From NCBI GenBank assembly GCA_963845245.1, contig CAWJRJ010000016.1, positions 168,756 to 232,755 on the forward strand: a stretch of DNA of 64,000 bases, read 5' to 3'. The position numbers and the translations under genes were made by a program. The stretch's first letter is position 1. Each line of letters begins with the position of its first letter. Below are positions 11,426-21,650 of the stretch, piece after piece. This stretch comes from Nitrospirota bacterium. GTDB taxonomy: Bacteria; Nitrospirota; JACRHJ01. A model generated the notes under the pieces. The model worked only from the letters and a program-made list of their open reading frames with translations. It did no database searches and was not told the origin of the DNA.

Positions 11426-13352
11426 ATTCCTTAGCTCCTGCATCCTTCAGCACTTTCACAAGGTCGGTATAGCCTTTGGCAGACGCAATTTTCAACGCCG
11501 TCCAGCCATCGGCCGTCCTCGCATTTATATCCGCACCCTTGGTTAGCAAGACGCGCACTACGTCAACATAGCCGTTCCGAGCTGCGACAATCAACGGTGT
11601 CCAGCCTTGTGTTATTCTTGTATCAAGTCCAGTGAATTCTTCTCTCCCATTTACACACGCTCCATTTTCAAGCAGTACGAGCACGGAGTCAGCATGTCCG
11701 CCAGCAGTCGCCTGCATCAACGGAGTATGGCCGTCTATCTCCGCTGAGTTGACATCTGCACCATGTTTGAGCAAAGTGCGGACTAGGTTCACGTCCTTGA
11801 CAGCAGACATCAAAGCTGTCCAACCAATTTCCGTCCGTATATTAACATTCGCGCCTTTGTCGAGCAAGGCGCGTGCAATGTCCACATGACCAACTGGAAC
11901 ATACATCAATGCTGTATATCCATCATTATCCCTTGCATTTACTTTTGCGCCCTTATCGAGTAATTCGTGCACTATTTTAGTATGGCCATACTGTACCGCT
12001 CGCATCAGCGCAGTTTTACCATCGTTATCCTTTGCATTTACTTTCGCGCCATTGTTAAGCAGGACGCACACTCTGTCCTCATGGCCGAAAGAAGCTGCAG
12101 TCATCAATGCTGTTTCGCCTTTTTCGTTTCTAATATTTGCGTCACCAGCTCCGAATTCGAGCAAAACACGAACCACGTCTACATTGCCGAACTCGCCAGA
12201 AGCTGAATCCAACGCTGTCCAGCCATGCTCCGACTTCAAATTCGGGTCAGCGCCTCTTTCAAGCAAAACGAGCGCAATGTCTGCATGCCCACCCCCTGCC
12301 GCAAGCATTAAAGCTGTCATGCCTCTTTCATAACTGGTAGATCCCATAGAGTATCCAGTTGTTTTCATGTTAACGTCAGCGCCTTTATCAAGCAAGGTTT
12401 TTACAACGTCAATATCGCCTTGCATAGCCGCCATTGCTAGCATTGGATAACCCAATTTAGTCCTTATCTTTAGGTCAGCTCCCGCCTCCACCAAAGCACG
12501 CACATTGTCAGCATGTCTGCTCCCAACCGCAGCCATCAATGCTGTACTGCCATTTTTCCCGACAGCATTAACTTTCGCTCCTTTGTCGAGCAATAAGCGC
12601 ACGACATCTGTAGTACAGTTGCTGGCCGCACTCATCAACGCTGTATAGCCTTTCTTGTTTTTTGCGTTAACGTTTGCACCGTGGTCGACCAAAATTCGCA
12701 CTATGTTTGCATTGCAGCGCTCATCGACCGACTCCGAATCGTCATCATCAGCATCATGAGTTCCAATAGCGGACATCAGCACCGTATCGCCGTCGTTGTC
12801 CCTTGCATTGATGTCCGCCCCATTTTCGAGTAGGAGGCGGACTATTTCCTCATGGTCTTTCCCTGCCGCATCCATTAAAGCCGTTGAGCCGTGACTAGAC
12901 TTCGCATCTACTTTCGCACCACTTTTAAGAAGAATGCGCACAACTTCGGTATGGCCATTAACTGAAGCTGCCATTAAAGCTGTGTAACCTTTTGCATTAA
13001 CAGTTGCACCTTTGTCAAGCAGGATACGCACAATATCCGCATAACCGTTCAAAGCCGCACTGGTCAACGCCGTCCATCCGTCGTTATTCCTTGCATTAGC
13101 ATCCGCGCCTTTATTGAGTAAAGAACTGACTATGTCCGTATGGCCATTTAAAGATGCCCAAATCAACGCCGTCCATCCACCTTTGTCTTTTGCATTGACA
13201 TCTGCTCCCTTGCCGAGCAATATGCGCACCTTTTCTGATTGCCCGTTTTTAGAAGCTTCGATTAGCGTATTATCAGGTTTCCCCGCTACCGAGGTTGTCG
13301 CAAATGTTAACAGCAATACCATGAAAAGCGTTGCTGAAAGGAAATGTTTCAT
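11424..13352 (-). CDS. Secreted ankyrin-repeat protein (~18 repeats)
   Basis: Signal peptide then repeated GxTAL..A...G....V..LL..GA.VN units; lower GC than flanking core genes. Confidence 0.95.
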   Translation of the reverse strand: MKHFLSATLFMVLLLTFATTSVAGKPDNTLIEASKNGQSEKVRILLGKGADVNAKDKGGWTALIWASLNGHTDIVSSLLNKGADANARNNDGWTALTSAALNGYADIVRILLDKGATVNAKGYTALMAASVNGHTEVVRILLKSGAKVDAKSSHGSTALMDAAGKDHEEIVRLLLENGADINARDNDGDTVLMSAIGTHDADDDDSESVDERCNANIVRILVDHGANVNAKNKKGYTALMSAASNCTTDVVRLLLDKGAKVNAVGKNGSTALMAAVGSRHADNVRALVEAGADLKIRTKLGYPMLAMAAMQGDIDVVKTLLDKGADVNMKTTGYSMGSTSYERGMTALMLAAGGGHADIALVLLERGADPNLKSEHGWTALDSASGEFGNVDVVRVLLEFGAGDANIRNEKGETALMTAASFGHEDRVCVLLNNGAKVNAKDNDGKTALMRAVQYGHTKIVHELLDKGAKVNARDNDGYTALMYVPVGHVDIARALLDKGANVNIRTEIGWTALMSAVKDVNLVRTLLKHGADVNSAEIDGHTPLMQATAGGHADSVLVLLENGACVNGREEFTGLDTRITQGWTPLIVAARNGYVDVVRVLLTKGADINARTADGWTALKIASAKGYTDLVKVLKDAGAKE

Positions 13353-13551
13353 TCTGTATCTCCTTCATCAAATCAGTATTTGTGGGAAGCTGCCAAGAAG
13401 AGATATACTGATAATATTGCAACTAAGCCAAGATATAATCCACCTCTTCTGTGGATAGATGGGAATAAATTTACATATATTCGTAATATTTATAGCACGA
13501 GCTGTGCAAATTTACAAATGCTATATCTAATTCAGGCAGGTGTGGCTTGTG

Positions 13552-13618
13552 TTCAGGAGGCTTATCGAGGCCGAGGCGGCATAACAAAAAGCCCGCAACT
13601 TTCGTTGCGGGCTTTTTT
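13552..13618 (+). repeat. Second copy of the clpB 3' end plus terminator
   Basis: TTCAGGAGGCTTATCGAGGCCGAGGCGGCATAA encodes [10 protein letters not shown], the same as the clpB end at 11279-11311, and is followed by a near-identical hairpin. Confidence 0.85.
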
Positions 13619-13644
13619 ATTATTACTGCTCTCCTGTGTTTTAT

Positions 13645-16415
13645 CTACTCGTTGCTGAGATACTCCAACGTGATGGTCACCGTGCGGTTGAACGACCGGG
13701 CTTCCGGTGACATGTTGTCGTACAGCGGGGTGTTGGGGCCGACACCCGAGCTGGTGGATACGGTCGCCGGGGTCTTCCTCATAGGCAGCTTTCAGCAGGT
13801 CGTAGACTGCCTGCGCACGACGTTCCGAGAGCTTGAGGTTGTAAGTCCTCCTTGCCGATGTTGTCGGTGTGGCCAACAATCTCCATCTTGGCCTCGGGGA
13901 GTGTCTTGGCACGGGCAACGATCGTGTTGACGATATCCTGGTTGCGCGCATCGATCGTGTTCTTGTCGAAATCGAAAAGGATCAGGGCATATTTTTCCTG
14001 CACCTTCAGGCCCTCCTTCAGCGCCAGCCTCTGGCTCTTCTGGATGAAGTTGACCTTGACAGGTACAGGAGAGAGCTGCATGTCATGCCCCTTGGTGTCC
14101 TTCAGCTCCATCTTCACCGCGATGTCGCCACCGGTGGCCAGCGTCCCGAGGTCAACCTTATCGAGCGGGATTTTGATCTCCTTCGCGGGCGCCCCATCGC
14201 CGGACAGGTCGGCCAGGCTTCCCGGGGTATTTGATGCGGTGAGCTTCCAGCTCGCGATGCCGTGCGGCGAAACCACGTCCGGTTGAACCGTCAGCGCAGG
14301 TGAATCGATCCGGTTGGAGAAGTAGGTGCTCTGTATCGGGGCAAGTATCGCCGGTTCGGTCGAGTGGATCTCCACCCTGCCGGTTTTCTGCCTGCCCTTC
14401 CTTCAGCTTGGTTGCGCTCGGCATCGCAGGCAGGTTGCGCACCTCTATCGTAATGCGCTCCGGCGCTATGCCCCAGGCCATCAACAGATAATCCCTCACT
14501 GCATCGGCGCGCTTTTCGGATAGCTTTTTATTCCCCTTCTCCTCGGCTGTGTTGTCGTTGCACCCGACCAGCGTGACCGTGGCCCCGGGGTTGTCGGTCA
14601 GGCGTTTGCCTACGATATTCAGCACCTGGTAGTACTTCTCCAAGCGCATCGCGGAACTTATGCTCGTCGAAACCTTCCGTTTCCTTGGGCCCGGTGAAAC
14701 GGATATAACGGGCGGGGATCTCGCTTGACCCCTTGTCGAAATAGACATGGTTCAGCATCGGTGATGCGTCTATGGTCTTCATCTCTTCGATTGTCAGGGT
14801 GGCCGGGACTACAGCCAGGCTGGCCGTGGTCTTTGTGACCTCCACCTTGACCGGCGCGGCGTCCATCGCCAGGCTCTGCCCTTTCTTGTCTTCCATCTGC
14901 ATCGCTAACTTTAAGGTCGCCGCCTGCGGCAAGCGCCTGCAGGTCCGTGGTCGGCAGCTGTACTTTCAGTTCCGGCGCGGGAGCGCCTTCCCCTGCAAGT
15001 TCGGCCACGCTTCCCTTTGCGTTAGCTGACGGTGACCTTCCACTTTGCGATCCCGTATACGGAATCCACCACCGGCTTCAGCGTCAGCTCAGACACGTCT
15101 ATTTTCGTCTCGGGCGCGGTATCGGCCACCTTTATCTCGTCGAACTTAATGGTGGACGGGGCGACGGTCAGGCTGGCGCTGGTCTTTGTAACCTCGACCT
15201 TGACCGGCGCGGCGTCCAGCGCCAGGCTCTGGCCTTTCTTGTCTTCAAGCTGCATCTGCACTGCAAGGTCGCCGCCTGCGGCAAGCGCCTGCAGGTCCGT
15301 GGTCGGAAGCTGTACTGTCAGCTCCGGCGCGGGTGCGCCTTCCCCTGCAAGTTCGGCCACGCTTCCCTTTGCGTTGGTTACGGCGACCTTCCACTTTGCG
15401 ATGCCGTAGACAGAATCCACCACCGGCTGCAGCGTCAGCGCGGACGTATCGATTTTGGTGACGGGCGCGCCGTCGGCTATGCGGTATCTCGTCGAACTTC
15501 AGGGTGGACGGGGCGGCGGTCAGGTTCCCCGTCGGCGGGAACAGGTAGCTTACGACGTAATAATACTGCATCTTCGAGGCGACTTCCTGGAAGATGGGGA
15601 CGAGGTTCGTCTCCGAGTGTGCCTTCCATATATGCCCGCGGGTCTGGCTGGTGAACCCGGACAGGAATTTGTTGGTATCATAGTCCGGCATGTAATCTAT
15701 CGCGAATGCATTGAAGCCCTTGAGCCCCTGCGCCGCCTTTATGACGTCCTCGCTTTTATAGAGGCTGTTCAGGTCTTCGCCGTCCGAGAAGACCACCATG
15801 AACCTGGGTTCCGTCTCCGGCGCTTCGCGGATGAATTCAAGCCCGGCCAGCATCGCATCAAAAAGCACGGTCTGGCCGGTAATGCGTTTGTTGCTGTAGG
15901 CGTCCGCCGCAAACTTCTTCAGCTCGTCCTGGTTGCTCGATTGGAACGTCCGCACGTATACTTCTTTGTCGTAGCCGTTGATTTTTATTTTTTCAAAGTT
16001 CTCGAAGACGACTATCGTGACCTTGTCTATCGGGCGGACGATCTTCAGCAGCTCGCTTACACCGGCGAGCAGTGCATCGATGGCGTGGCGCTCCTTCATC
16101 GAGAACGAGTTGTCCAGCACCAGGACGATGTTGCGCGGCACGTCCAGGCTCTCGGCGAGCGGCTGCACCGAGATGATATTCGCCGTCCGTCCGGCTTGCG
16201 TGATGGAGAAGTCTTTGGCGCCCAGCCCGAATATCGGGCTGTTCCCCGGCATCGAAGACGCTTACCACCACCTTGCCTTCGTTGATGACCCGGTCGACGT
16301 TCACCTTTGCGGCGGGTTTGGTGGCCTGTATCTGCAACTCCGGGTTGTCGGCGGCGAAGGCCGTACTGCTCGTCATCAGGGCAAACAGCATTACTAAAAT
16401 GCGTCTAATCAACAT
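13645..16415 (-). CDS. Large exported protein: vWA domain, tandem beta-rich repeats, two OmpA-like peptidoglycan-binding domains (multiple frameshifts)
   Basis: Signal peptide at 16415; VLVLDNSFS MIDAS and FSDGED; GCNDN...KLSEKRADAV and GHTDN...KLSERRAQAV OmpA motifs in fragmented frames. Confidence 0.8.
14790..15510 (-). repeat. Intragenic tandem repeat, ~350 bp unit x2
   Basis: Near-identical blocks (e.g. at 14851 and 15204) encoding VYGIAKWKV...AELAGEGAPAPEL...LQALAAGGDL; a diverged third unit at ~14040-14300. Confidence 0.85.
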
Positions 16416-16617
16416 GGTCGGATTCTCCTGTTTGACAATTATCACTGGCCACTTGGCATGGCCCCCGCTTTTGATTCTTGCAATATTATCATAAAAAACC
16501 ATTCAATATCGATAAAATTTATGTGTATTTACAAAATCAGGATAGACCGCCAAGCCGGTATATGTGGTGTTCCTTAAGCATGATGTCGAGAGGATATCAG
16601 GGCCGCATTTCTTTGAT

Positions 16618-17238
16618 TCAGCGGTCGGCGGGCTTCGCCTGTTCCGGTCGCGCGTACTTCATTATCTCATCGGCAATCAATGCCGCCGTTTTTTTGATGT
16701 CTCTTTGAGGCGCATTTTTCGCAAGTACGAACTTTGCTGCCGCGACGTAGGGGTTCATTGTCACTATGGCGCCGGGTATCATGTTCGGGTCTTTTGCGGT
16801 TCCAATTACCAGGAAGGGCGCGCGGGGTTCGGAGCTTGCGAGGTTGCTTATTCCGATTTGAAGGTCCATATTGGAAGAGCCCCTCCCGAACCCGATAACA
16901 GCCCGCCTGATCCGGTTGCCTTCATCCACTTCGGTGAAGATGCCCTGCACGAGCCAGCCGTCCCGGGGTAGGTCGCCCGATGCATCGTAGAGCCGCCGCG
17001 CGTTCATGCCCCTCTCGCCAAGGTTTTGCACAAGCGAATCTGCCATGTCCTCGACAATGTGGTGCGCTTTCTCCGTGGATTCACCCCTGGCTAAAGGATG
17101 GGGCAGTCTTTTTCCGAGTCTGCCCGGCAGGGGTCCACTGACGCCTTCGTCGTCACTGTGTTCTTTGGCATCGAGCGTAAAATCCGAGATGTAAATAGAT
17201 GTTGGGGCGCTGAGCAGGCAAGGGCTTGCTGACTTCAC
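16618..17238 (-). CDS. DUF4410-like exported protein (true start probably further upstream, frameshifted)
   Basis: GWLVQGIFTEVDEGNRIRRAVIGFGRG motif. Confidence 0.65.
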   Translation of the reverse strand: MKSASPCLLSAPTSIYISDFTLDAKEHSDDEGVSGPLPGRLGKRLPHPLARGESTEKAHHIVEDMADSLVQNLGERGMNARRLYDASGDLPRDGWLVQGIFTEVDEGNRIRRAVIGFGRGSSNMDLQIGISNLASSEPRAPFLVIGTAKDPNMIPGAIVTMNPYVAAAKFVLAKNAPQRDIKKTAALIADEIMKYARPEQAKPADR

Positions 17239-17633
17239 TCCCGGTCACACTTACGCCGCCTCAGGACAGGCCCGGCGTGCGAGTCACTGCTGGAGCAGCA
17301 CATAATGCAGAGCAGAAAGATGGAGTAGCGACCTGGCCCAGTGGGCTAGTGTATTTCGTGGGCTTCGTCTGGTCGAGCCGCACGTTGTTTTTTTTCTTTA
17401 TAGGACATCAGGAAAGCCCTCACCGATTGTATAAGTTTCTTGTAAGAATTATAGCATTCCTCAACCATCACCGCAAACGGGCGCTCTTGGGCGGCAACGG
17501 GATAACGGTATTGTGCCTTTGCGGCCCGATATAAGAAAAAGCCCGCATCGCAAGTTGCGGACTTCGATTGCTTTAGCGGTGTCGAGTTTTACTTGAGCGA
17601 AGCCGAAGAATCCGCCTTTGGCCTTACGCTTTT

Positions 17634-17885
17634 TTATGCTGCTATCGGCATGTTCTCGCGTTTGTCCTCCGGCACCTCGTTCGGCGCCTCCTGCCTTTTG
17701 CCCAGCACCTCAATCGCCAACGGGATCGTGCTGAGAGCACCGATGGCAAACAGTGTCCAGCCGATCGCCTTTCTCTTGTCGTCGTTGAATTTGTCCGCCA
17801 TCAACAGGCCGACTCCCGCGCCCAGCATTCCGCGTGTGCCGGCAATCAGTCCTAGTTCCGGCAGGGTCAATTCCAGCTTTTTCAT
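17634..17885 (-). CDS. Small membrane protein
   Basis: AGGAGG RBS, two hydrophobic segments. Confidence 0.75.
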   Translation of the reverse strand: MKKLELTLPELGLIAGTRGMLGAGVGLLMADKFNDDKRKAIGWTLFAIGALSTIPLAIEVLGKRQEAPNEVPEDKRENMPIAA

Positions 17886-17997
17886 AGCCCCTCCTTAATC
17901 GCCAAAACTAAAGGGAAAAAGAACCATAGCCTATATTAAAATGGTAACACCGGGGGAGGGAATACACAAGGGAGGAGCACCGTGGTTATGCCTGAAT

Positions 17998-18510
17998 TTA
18001 GAGAAGTTCTCCAAACCACGGGAACGCTACCCACCCTAGCCAAGCAAACAACAGCCAGTGAAATGCGAAGTTTGAGTTATAGGTTGGCTGTTTAGCGTTT
18101 TTAAAGTTTATTACCATGAGAGTGACCCAAGTAATGATATTAAAGAGGTACATTGCAACAGTGTGCAATTTGCCTTGATAAGCCACCCCGTAAGACCAAC
18201 TAGATCCGAGATAATACAATGATAGTAAAATCAAAGCAATTGATGCAATTTTTGTTCGTATTGGTATTTGCTGCTGTCCCTTCAAAAGAGGTAGGCTCCA
18301 CAACATAAAAACTAATGGAACGCAAAACGAGCCCAGAACAAATGCTATCCAGTAGCCGCCAAAGACTGCACCAAGTGATAAAATTGGAATGGCTACGGTA
18401 AGAGAATATGGTGAGTATATTTTAGTAACGGATGCGCAAAATGTTGAATAGGAAATTCCCCATAAAATAATAACACCTACAACAAAGTTCAATTTCAGTT
18501 TATGGTTCAT
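17998..18510 (-). CDS. AT-rich integral membrane hypothetical protein
   Basis: Five to six hydrophobic segments; distinct base composition. Confidence 0.7.
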   Translation of the reverse strand: MNHKLKLNFVVGVIILWGISYSTFCASVTKIYSPYSLTVAIPILSLGAVFGGYWIAFVLGSFCVPLVFMLWSLPLLKGQQQIPIRTKIASIALILLSLYYLGSSWSYGVAYQGKLHTVAMYLFNIITWVTLMVINFKNAKQPTYNSNFAFHWLLFAWLGWVAFPWFGELL

Positions 18511-18564
18511 TTTTCTTCTCTCGCATAATATAGTTATACAGTTGCCTCAATATATAAAAACAAA

Positions 18565-19230
18565 TTAGCGAAATTGTATATTGCTCTGCTCCACCTTTGG
18601 TTTGCACTGCCCCCCGCACGAGCACTTCCCCCCTTTTGCCTTCTCGAACGCCTCGCGGCCTTCGCGGACAGAGAGCCAGGCGATTACAAGGGAACCGACC
18701 GAGTCGATATACCCGATGCCTGTAAGCTCGTAGCCGATACTCGCAATAAGCAGGACGGCGGACAGCCGGAGGCAGGTGCGGGTGCAGGCGGCGTCCGCGA
18801 GGATGGCGTCCGAGCCGAGCGCCTTCCCGGCCACTACCTTGTAATGTATCAGCAGCCACATCGAGGCTATCGAGATCGCCCCGATTACTATGCCCCAGAA
18901 GGTCGTCTCCGGCTTGTGGCCGGAATATATGTCTATGATTGAGGTGATGGCAAGCCCGGCCGCGAGGACGTAAAAGGCCCCGCCCGTTACCTTTAGCGCC
19001 TCCCGCTCGAAGGCGTCGTGCTCGGATTCCTCGGTCAGCCTCTGCCGCCGCACCATGTGCCAGATGCCGATGCCCGAGATGACCTCCACGAACGAGTCCA
19101 GCCCGAACCCGAACAGCGACAGCGTGCCGTCCTCATACCCGAACCAGACCGAGACCAGGCCTTCAACGATATTATAGAATATGGTGATGAGCGCAAGGGC
19201 GCGCGCGAGTTTCAGGTATTTGTCCTTCAT
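18565..19230 (-). CDS. Cation transporter (CDF-like transmembrane domain)
   Basis: YNIVEG, FGFGLDSFVE, ALGSDAILADA motifs; C-terminal CSCGGQC. Confidence 0.8.
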   Translation of the reverse strand: MKDKYLKLARALALITIFYNIVEGLVSVWFGYEDGTLSLFGFGLDSFVEVISGIGIWHMVRRQRLTEESEHDAFEREALKVTGGAFYVLAAGLAITSIIDIYSGHKPETTFWGIVIGAISIASMWLLIHYKVVAGKALGSDAILADAACTRTCLRLSAVLLIASIGYELTGIGYIDSVGSLVIAWLSVREGREAFEKAKGGKCSCGGQCKPKVEQSNIQFR

Positions 19231-19397
19231 TCTTAATAACCCCCATGTGTCAGTTAAGGTCATTATACAGTATTGCTTATGAGAATCAACGGTTATCCCG
19301 TACGCTCAAACCACAAAACCCATAACTGTTCTTGATTTTTGCGCCTATAAATGGTACAAATAAGGAAAGAGTTTTACTGTTTTGGAGGTTTTTTGAA

Positions 19398-19919
19398 ATG
19401 GCAGTGCTGGAGATAAGGCAGTACCCGGACAAGGTGCTGCGCAGGAAAAGCAGACCCGTCGAGGCTATAACCCCCGAAATCCAGAAACTAATCGACGACA
19501 TGGTTGAGACGATGTACGCCGCGCCCGGAGTCGGCCTTGCCGCGCCCCAGGTCGGTATCGGCCTGCGCCTTGCGGTCATAGACGTCACCTACAAGGACGA
19601 GGAGCCGCAGGTGTATGTCCTCATAAACCCCGAGTTCATCCTTCAGGAAGGCGAGCTTGAGGAGGACGAGGGCTGCCTGAGCGTGCAGGACTTCACCGAA
19701 AACGTGAAGAGGTTCGCAAGGGTGATCGTGCGCGCCACCGACAGAAACGGCGACGTGTATGAGTTGGAAGGCGAGGACCTCCTTGCCCGCGCGCTACAGC
19801 ACGAGATAGACCACTTAAACGGCCTGCTCTTCATAGACCGCATAAGCCCGCTCAAGCGCGACCTGTTCAAGAGGAAGCTTAAAAAGGCTATAAAGAACGA
19901 GGAGGCGACAGCCTCTTGA
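19398..19919 (+). CDS. def: Peptide deformylase
   Basis: GVGLAAPQ, EGCLS, QHEIDH. Confidence 0.96.
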   Translation: MAVLEIRQYPDKVLRRKSRPVEAITPEIQKLIDDMVETMYAAPGVGLAAPQVGIGLRLAVIDVTYKDEEPQVYVLINPEFILQEGELEEDEGCLSVQDFTENVKRFARVIVRATDRNGDVYELEGEDLLARALQHEIDHLNGLLFIDRISPLKRDLFKRKLKKAIKNEEATAS

Positions 19920-20848
19920 GGATAGTATTCATGGGGACGCCTGCATTCGCCGTCCCGGTGCTTTCCGCGCTGCACGAGGCAGGGCACGAGATAGCACTTG
20001 TAATAAGCCAGCCCGACAGGCCCAAGGGCCGGGGCAGGAAACTTGAACCGACGCCGGTTAAACAAAAGGCCCTCGATTTGGGCCTTAATGTATTTCAGCC
20101 GGATAAAATAAGGAAGCCCGAGGCGATAGAGGCCGTAGCCGCAATCAAGCCGGAGTTGGCGGTCGTGGCTGCGTTCGGCCAGATACTCCCGAAGGCCGTG
20201 CTCGATATTCCCACAAGAGGCTGCCTGAACACCCACGCCTCGCTTTTGCCCGCATACCGGGGCGCGGCCCCCATAAACTGGGCCATCATCAACGGCGAGG
20301 TGAAGACAGGCGTTACGATCATGCAGATGGACGTCGGGATGGACACCGGCGACATGCTGCTGAAGGCGGAAGAGCCGATACGCCCTGACGACACAGCCGG
20401 TGCGCTTACCGAGAGGTTGTCAAGGATCGGCGCAGCCCTGATCGTAAAGGCGATCGAGGAACTCGAGGCCGGACGGTTGATGCCGGTCAAGCAGGACCCG
20501 GCCCTGGCCACATCCGCCCCGCTTCTTAAGAAGGAGATGGGGCTCGTGGACTGGAACAAGCCCGCACCGGATATAGAGCGGCTGATGCGCGGGCTGGACC
20601 CGTGGCCGGGTGCATATACCAGCAGGGGTACAGACGTCCTGAAGCTCTGGAAGGCCGGTGTTGCTGGCATGGACAGCGATGGCGATCCGGGCAGCGTGGT
20701 TGACGCCAACCGTGAAGGCATCTTCGTCAACACCGGTTGCGGCGTGCTCGTAATAAAGGAATTGCAGGGTACCGGCGGCAGGCGCATGACCGCATCGGAA
20801 TACCTTGCCGGACACAAGATACTAAAGGGCGAAAGGCTCGGTCAATAA
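19916..20848 (+). CDS. fmt: Methionyl-tRNA formyltransferase
   Basis: IVFMGTP, QPDRPKGRG, HASLLPAYRGAAPI. Confidence 0.96.
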   Translation: MRIVFMGTPAFAVPVLSALHEAGHEIALVISQPDRPKGRGRKLEPTPVKQKALDLGLNVFQPDKIRKPEAIEAVAAIKPELAVVAAFGQILPKAVLDIPTRGCLNTHASLLPAYRGAAPINWAIINGEVKTGVTIMQMDVGMDTGDMLLKAEEPIRPDDTAGALTERLSRIGAALIVKAIEELEAGRLMPVKQDPALATSAPLLKKEMGLVDWNKPAPDIERLMRGLDPWPGAYTSRGTDVLKLWKAGVAGMDSDGDPGSVVDANREGIFVNTGCGVLVIKELQGTGGRRMTASEYLAGHKILKGERLGQ

Positions 20849-20849
20849 A

Positions 20850-21650
20850 TTGCAGGAACCAAAGAAAAGGGTATTCATTACCCTGCTGATAACCACGCTG
20901 GGGCTGCTCATCGGAGCCGGCTATATAATCTGGTGGATACCGCAGGTCGGCCTCAGGAACATACACCCGCTCCTGCCCGCCGCATTCATGATACTGGTCG
21001 GGGGTGTGCTGGGTTTCATCGCGTTCGGTGTGTTCCTGCTTATCCTCACACTGATACGCGGCAAGGAGATATTCCTCGCCACGAGGCTTAGGTGGGTGGT
21101 GGTGAAGGTCCTGTTCCCGCTTATGGTGCCGGTCGGGCGGCTGTTCGGGATCTCCCGCGACACGGTGCAGCAGTCCTTCATCGCCGTGAACAACCAGCTC
21201 GTGCGTTCAAACATCAGAAGCGTAAAGCCTGACCGCCTGCTCATCCTGCTGCCGCACTGCATCCAGATCAACGACTGCAACATAAAGATAACAGGCGACG
21301 TCCACCGCTGCAAGGGCTGCGGCAAGTGCGAGATAAAGGACCTCGTGGCGATATCGGACAGGTGCGGTGTGGACCTCTCCGTCGCCACCGGCGGCACACT
21401 TGCGCGCCGCATTATAAAGGAGAAGAGGCCCAAGGCCATCATAGCCGTCGCATGCGAACGCGACCTTACCAGCGGCATAGTGGACAGCTATCCACTGCCC
21501 GTCATCGGCATCCTCAACCAGAGGCCGTTCGGCCCGTGCATCAACACGAGGGTGGACATGAAGGACGTCCAGGAGGCGCTCGAGTATTTCACCGGCCTGA
21601 AGGCCGAGGTCGAGTGCAAGACCGCAGAACCCGCAACGTCTAATGTCTGA
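20850..21650 (+). CDS. DUF116 family membrane protein
   Basis: LLPHCIQ, CKGCGKC, ATGGTLAR, AVACERDL, GPCINT; usual position between fmt and rsmB. Confidence 0.85.
   Translation: MQEPKKRVFITLLITTLGLLIGAGYIIWWIPQVGLRNIHPLLPAAFMILVGGVLGFIAFGVFLLILTLIRGKEIFLATRLRWVVVKVLFPLMVPVGRLFGISRDTVQQSFIAVNNQLVRSNIRSVKPDRLLILLPHCIQINDCNIKITGDVHRCKGCGKCEIKDLVAISDRCGVDLSVATGGTLARRIIKEKRPKAIIAVACERDLTSGIVDSYPLPVIGILNQRPFGPCINTRVDMKDVQEALEYFTGLKAEVECKTAEPATSNV

Noticed and set aside
14790..15510. Repeats as a CRISPR array or mobile element
   Set aside because: The ~350-bp units are protein-coding domains; no short repeat-spacer periodicity was seen anywhere in the window.
11312..19263. Complete integron or prophage
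   Set aside because: No integrase, transposase or phage genes, and no full attC array.
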